Source: Gammaproteobacteria bacterium UBA6724
Lineage (GTDB): Bacteria; Pseudomonadota; Gammaproteobacteria; Pseudomonadales; Azotimanducaceae
DNA: 64,000 nucleotides
Assembly: GCA_002454165.1 (NCBI GenBank)
Contig: DKIG01000040.1
Coordinates: forward strand, 18,048-82,047
Direction: 5' to 3'
The position numbers and the translations under genes were made by a program. The notes below the pieces were generated by a model. That model made no database searches. It saw only the letters and a program-made list of their open reading frames with translations, and was not told the DNA's origin. Of this stretch, positions 59,487 through 64,000 are shown piece by piece (positions within the stretch are counted from its first letter, which is position 1; each line of letters starts with the position of its first letter).

Positions 59487-60407
59487 ATGTTTACCAAAGC
59501 CTACGGTATCGCTGGAAGTTTCACCCTGCCGGTGGTGATTTCCAGCCGCTCGGATAAGGGAGTCTGCCACAGCGCAATCGGGGCTTGCGTGGTGGTGAAT
59601 CGGGAAGGTTGGATTCTCACCTGCGCACATTTAATTAATGAAATCCAGCGTCAGGAGCAAAGCAGTCTGAAACATCGTACCTTTGGCAATCAGGTTCGGA
59701 CCCTGGAGAAGGACACTCTTGCCGACAAACGTTTCAGAAAATCCAAGGTCTACTCCTTCCATCGTCCATCAAAAGGTACGGTGAAAAATCATTCCGTGTG
59801 GTGGGGCAAAGATGGTACTCAGTTGCATGATATTAACCTGATGCCTGCGGCTGACCTTGCCCTCGGTCGCCTGCAACCATTTGACCCGGACGGAATCGCG
59901 CATTATCCAGTATTCAAAAAGCCGGGCAGGAATTACACCCCTGGACGTAGTTTGTGCAAAATAGGCTTCCCGTTTCACGAGATCACACCGTCTTTTGATG
60001 AAGAGAAAAATATATTCGTCTTGCCCAAGGGCTCGGTACCTCTACCCCTTTTCCCCATAGAAGGCATATTTACTCGGGTAGTGATTGCTCAGATGCCGGG
60101 ACTTGCTGAGCAAGGATCGGGTAAGAAAAAATCGGTTGAGACTGAACATGGCAAGTTTATCGAAACCTCCTCACCAGGCTTGGTAGGCCAGAGCGGGGGA
60201 CCCATTATTGATTCAGAAGGTGTGGTATGGGCATTACAGTCACACACCCGCCACTATCCGCTGGGCTTCAGTCCGCCGATACCCGGCCAGGCTCCAAACC
60301 TCAAACAAAAGGAACACCAATTTCTAAATGTAGGGCTAGGTGTTCACGCGGAACTAATCCTGGGTTTTATGGATAGCCGAGGGGTGAAGTATGAGGCTGT
60401 GGACTGA
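59487..60407 (+). CDS. Trypsin-like (S1/Trypsin_2) serine protease with no signal peptide
   Basis: The catalytic triad candidates are His in TCAHL, Asp in ADLALGRL and Ser in GQSGGPI. The N-terminus shows no hydrophobic leader. Confidence 0.7.
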   Translation: MFTKAYGIAGSFTLPVVISSRSDKGVCHSAIGACVVVNREGWILTCAHLINEIQRQEQSSLKHRTFGNQVRTLEKDTLADKRFRKSKVYSFHRPSKGTVKNHSVWWGKDGTQLHDINLMPAADLALGRLQPFDPDGIAHYPVFKKPGRNYTPGRSLCKIGFPFHEITPSFDEEKNIFVLPKGSVPLPLFPIEGIFTRVVIAQMPGLAEQGSGKKKSVETEHGKFIETSSPGLVGQSGGPIIDSEGVVWALQSHTRHYPLGFSPPIPGQAPNLKQKEHQFLNVGLGVHAELILGFMDSRGVKYEAVD

Positions 60408-61671
60408 TTTATACCCGCCTGTCACCTGGCAGGTTTACCTCCTATTCATCATCCCCGCTTTGATAATTTTCCTGTTGGTGCTGCGCCATAGTCGTCGCGC
60501 ACGGGACGGGGCAGGACAGAAATACCACCAGAAGTTGCAGTTGTATGTTGAGGCATTGGATGAACTACCAGAGTGCATTCTTATTGCCGATGCCACAGAC
60601 CGATTGTTGTTTGCCAACAGTGCCGTTTTGAATGTATTGAACAAGACAATGGGCGAAGTCCTGGGGATGTCCCTCTTCGCTCTCTTGTTTCAGAAACCCC
60701 GCGAAGCCGAAACCACGCGGCAGGTCCTCAAGAGGGAAGGTAATTATCAAGGAAAAGTCAACTACCCCTTCAGGAAGGATGAGGATAGGACTATTGAGGT
60801 GTCCATATCGGCAGTTGAACAGAGCGGCGATGATGGTGTCCGCTATATCGGCATTCTAAGAGATGTGACTACCAGGACTATCGCCGAGGCGAAGCGGGAA
60901 GATCAACACCGTCGTCTTGTGCAACTGGCGACGGAACGAAGTGAAAATCTTGAGCAGAAACTTACAGACAAGACCGCGATTCAGGCAGGTCTGGAAGGTT
61001 CACTAGAGGAAAAATCCAGGTTGTTAAAAGAAATTTACTTACGCACCAGCAGTAATATGCAGGTCATTACCAGTTTGCTAAATATGCAGGCGGACCGGGT
61101 GTCGGATGCCAAAGTATCCGAGCTGTTCAGCAGCAGTCGGCGGCGGGTGGAAGCCATTGATCTGGTGCATGAAAATCTCTATCAGTCCGAGAGTCTGACG
61201 AGCATAGATTTTGGAGAATATGTTGATCTTCTGAGCAGCAGATTATGCCGGTCCTTTGCAAAAGATGGTCTGAGGCTTCATCTGGAAGTGGATATTAAAG
61301 ATATTTTCTTGAATATTGAAACCGCCATCCCCTGTGGTTTGATAATCAACGAATTGGTCACCAACTCACTCCAGCATGCCTTTGTTGGACATGAAGGGAC
61401 CATCACCATCGCAATTGTCCAACACGGGTCGGACTATGTGATGACCGTTGCCGATAACGGTGTGGGTTTGCCGGACGACTTTCGGGACAAGACCAGCCCG
61501 TCAAAAGGGATGGAAATAGTCGCCATACTGGCGACACAACTTAATGGCAGTTTGACCCATTCTGGCAGTTCCGGCACCAGGTTTGAGCTTCGCTTCCCCG
61601 GGGCGACTGCCCTGTATGAGCCTTCATTGAAAACTCATCACCCTGTGAATAGCATCAACCGGCAAGTTTGA
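60391..61671 (+). CDS. Membrane-anchored PAS / HisKA_2-like / HATPase_c protein lacking the phospho-acceptor His
   Basis: It has one TM helix (VYLLFIIPALIIFLLVL) and a PAS region. The HisKA_2-like helix reads LLKEIYLRTSSNMQVITSLLNMQ where EIHHRVKNNLQ is expected. The N box (ELVTNSLQHAF), G1 (DNGVGLP) and G2 (GMEIV) are intact. It overlaps the protease gene by 17 nt. Confidence 0.75.
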   Translation: MRLWTDLYPPVTWQVYLLFIIPALIIFLLVLRHSRRARDGAGQKYHQKLQLYVEALDELPECILIADATDRLLFANSAVLNVLNKTMGEVLGMSLFALLFQKPREAETTRQVLKREGNYQGKVNYPFRKDEDRTIEVSISAVEQSGDDGVRYIGILRDVTTRTIAEAKREDQHRRLVQLATERSENLEQKLTDKTAIQAGLEGSLEEKSRLLKEIYLRTSSNMQVITSLLNMQADRVSDAKVSELFSSSRRRVEAIDLVHENLYQSESLTSIDFGEYVDLLSSRLCRSFAKDGLRLHLEVDIKDIFLNIETAIPCGLIINELVTNSLQHAFVGHEGTITIAIVQHGSDYVMTVADNGVGLPDDFRDKTSPSKGMEIVAILATQLNGSLTHSGSSGTRFELRFPGATALYEPSLKTHHPVNSINRQV

Positions 61672-61708
61672 TATTATACTGAGCAACAATAAAACAAACA
61701 TAACCGCC

Positions 61709-64000
61709 ATGAAAAAAATCATACTGGGGAAATTTCTAACAATCCTGAGCACACTCAGCCTGATCTTGATTGGTAGCCTGGAGGCGCAAGAGCTTGAAGA
61801 GATTGTTGTCACAGCACAGAAACGCGCCAAATCTTTGCAGAACACACCCCTTGCAATCTCGGCACTGAATGCCGAGGATTTGCAAGCATTTTCCATTCAA
61901 AACTTGTCCGACCTGACCTCTAGCCTACCGTCACTGCAAGCCTATGACTTTCCTACAACGACCAACAATCTGTCAATTTTTGTACGAGGCATAGGCAATC
62001 CCGACTCCCAGACGCTGACGATTGATAACCCCGTCGGCATTTATGTGGACGGGGTTTACATTGCCCGAAGTTCTGCGGCGCTACTGGATCTGCTGGATCT
62101 GGAACGCGTGGAGGTGTTGCGGGGTCCCCAGGGTACGCTCTACGGACGCAATTCTACAGCCGGCGCGATCAACTTCATTACCCGCAAACCGGCGACGGAG
62201 TTCAACACCAGGGTTGATTTAAAGGCAGGCAATTTCGGAGTCCTTGAGGCGATGGCAACCACCGACCTACCGCTTAGTGATACCTTAAAAACTAAAATCT
62301 CGCTCATGGACGCCAGAGACCAAGGCTGGGTAAAAAATCGGGGACCCAACCAGATCACGCGCTCGGGAAAGAATTTCAACACTAAACACCAGCAGGCATG
62401 GCGACTGGCAATGTCCTGGGATCCGACGCTGCGTACCACCCTTGACTACAGCTATGATTACGCTGATAGCGATACCACTCCACAATACTATCAACCGCTT
62501 GCTCCAGGTGCAGACCTCTCCAGCCTGAACCGTGCCGACAGCACCAGTCATGTTTTTCTTGGCGGAACGCCCTTCCACTATGTGTTACCGCAATCTCCCA
62601 CCAAGAATAGTGGACACAATTTGACGATTGTAACGGAGATTAGTGACAGCCTAAGGCTGAAATCTATTACCAGCTCGCGTAGCATGAAAGAAGGCTCAGT
62701 TCAAAACTGGAGCGATGTTTTGTTCTTTGCGACAAACGTTGATTGGGAGGCAGATGCATTCAGTCAGGAATTGCAACTCCTGGGCAAGGCAAAGGGCGGC
62801 GCACTAGAATACATTGTCGGTGCTTATTATTTTTCCGAAGATGGCAAGAAGGCGGAGGAACAATTCCTGAATTTCAACACAACTGCCAACATGATCATTG
62901 CGCTTGATGCGCTTGCCGAACCCGGTGCCCTGAGCTCCTTACTGGTCGGCGGCACGAGTCTCGGCACAACAAGTTTTGACACCGAACTCAGATCTGCAGC
63001 GATATTTGCCCAAGCCACCTACACCTTCAATGACGATTTTGAGCTGACCGCGGGTATCCGCTACACCGATGATAAACGTGATGCGCTACGGGCTGGCGTA
63101 TTGGCAACAGATCCGACTAATCCAATGGATAGGTGTTTTTCCCAGCCGCCAGATCTCCCGGGTAATACAACTATCTCCTTTTGCAGTGGCGCCAATCAGT
63201 TGGACTATTCCAATACGGACTGGACCCTGGTAGCAAACTGGAGTTTCAGCGACACGGCTTCAACATACTTGCGTCTTGCTACTGGTTTTCGTGCCGGTGG
63301 CTCCGCCGAGCGGGCGATCAATTTCGCTCAGACCTTCAGCAAGGAAACCGCCAACAGCATTGAGTTGGGGCTCAAATCGGAATTGCTGGGCCGTCGCCTG
63401 AGACTTAATGCCGCCGCTTACCGAACGACGATTGACGACTTCATCCTGACGCTCAATGGACCCACACCGTCCACCGCTGCATTTGTCGAGAATTTCAATG
63501 TCGGCGAGGCAAGGCTGGAGGGTTTGGAAGTGGACCTCCTGGCTCTGGTTGCCGAGCATACTCGCATCACATTCAATTTTGCTTATCTGGATACGGGTCT
63601 GAAGGGTTTGATTGTCCCCGCGGAAAGTTTTCTGCTCTCAGGTCAGATACCGGGCACTGTTGATCAACGCGGCGAGGACATTTCTGGCACAACCTTCATT
63701 CCTCAAGCACCGACCACTGCCTACACCCTGGCACTTGATCATGATATCAACTTGCAGCAGGGCTCAAGCATCAGTTTGCACCTTGATTATGTCTATCGTG
63801 ATGATGTCTTTTCCCAACCGGCACGGGGCTTGCCTGTGGAGAGCCTTGGTCTTTTCAATGCCCGCCTTGTCTGGCGCAAGACGCTCAGTAGCGCGAAGGA
63901 TCTGGAACTTGCTCTTTGGGGCAAGAATCTGGCTGATGAAGAAGCAGTGATATACGATCTGAACAGTTTGGGCGTCCAGTTCAATCGTCCCTTTTCCTAC
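61709..64000 (+). CDS. TonB-dependent outer-membrane receptor, 3' end outside the window
   Basis: The frame stays open from ATG 61709 to the window edge, so it is absent from the ORF track. I translated it by hand. It has a signal peptide, the plug EEIVVTAQKRAKSLQNTPLAISAL, and VEVLRGPQGTLYGRNSTAG. It is a paralogue of the receptor at 8569..10830. Confidence 0.85.
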   Translation, partial: MKKIILGKFLTILSTLSLILIGSLEAQELEEIVVTAQKRAKSLQNTPLAISALNAEDLQAFSIQNLSDLTSSLPSLQAYDFPTTTNNLSIFVRGIGNPDSQTLTIDNPVGIYVDGVYIARSSAALLDLLDLERVEVLRGPQGTLYGRNSTAGAINFITRKPATEFNTRVDLKAGNFGVLEAMATTDLPLSDTLKTKISLMDARDQGWVKNRGPNQITRSGKNFNTKHQQAWRLAMSWDPTLRTTLDYSYDYADSDTTPQYYQPLAPGADLSSLNRADSTSHVFLGGTPFHYVLPQSPTKNSGHNLTIVTEISDSLRLKSITSSRSMKEGSVQNWSDVLFFATNVDWEADAFSQELQLLGKAKGGALEYIVGAYYFSEDGKKAEEQFLNFNTTANMIIALDALAEPGALSSLLVGGTSLGTTSFDTELRSAAIFAQATYTFNDDFELTAGIRYTDDKRDALRAGVLATDPTNPMDRCFSQPPDLPGNTTISFCSGANQLDYSNTDWTLVANWSFSDTASTYLRLATGFRAGGSAERAINFAQTFSKETANSIELGLKSELLGRRLRLNAAAYRTTIDDFILTLNGPTPSTAAFVENFNVGEARLEGLEVDLLALVAEHTRITFNFAYLDTGLKGLIVPAESFLLSGQIPGTVDQRGEDISGTTFIPQAPTTAYTLALDHDINLQQGSSISLHLDYVYRDDVFSQPARGLPVESLGLFNARLVWRKTLSSAKDLELALWGKNLADEEAVIYDLNSLGVQFNRPFSY

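Overview
About 50% GC chromosomal segment of a gammaproteobacterium. Local gene order resembles Pseudomonas and marine Oceanospirillales/Cellvibrionales (ubiE-ubiB-hisI-hisE-tatABC, hslVU-DUF971, a FabY-type ketoacyl synthase, holD-rimI-prfC). Most of the window is core housekeeping. It holds the complete atpIBEFHAGDC operon, the metY(tRNA-fMet)-rimP-nusA-infB-rbfA-truB-rpsO-pnp supercluster, dksA-pcnB, acs, polB, hemH, priA, an ftsN-like gene, hslVU, cysZ and tRNA-Pro(GGG). One long minus-strand array combines a BtuFCD-type ABC importer, a TonB-dependent receptor, a secreted adenosine deaminase, DeoD and a PGM2-like phospho-sugar mutase. I saw no CRISPR array, prophage, transposase or canonical multi-gene defence system. 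The items worth a second look are listed here. (1) DksA carries a ~130-residue Lys-rich, histone-H1-like N-terminal tail encoded by tandem repeats. (2) A 200-nt gap inside the atp operon (atpH-atpA) is filled by five direct repeats that also form an in-frame 61-codon ORF. (3) A leaderless trypsin-like protease overlaps a membrane PAS/HisKA_2 ATPase whose phospho-acceptor His is missing. (4) Two AT-richer islets carry an orphan beta-class DNA methyltransferase plus a truncated PD-(D/E)xK remnant, and a lone HARE-HTH/PD-(D/E)xK protein beside a stand-alone PrnB-family gene. (5) There are smaller synteny and repeat oddities: no ubiJ, a long-form psi subunit, and 17-nt repeats at the cysZ start. 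All homology statements come from motif recognition and recalled reference sequences, not from database searches.
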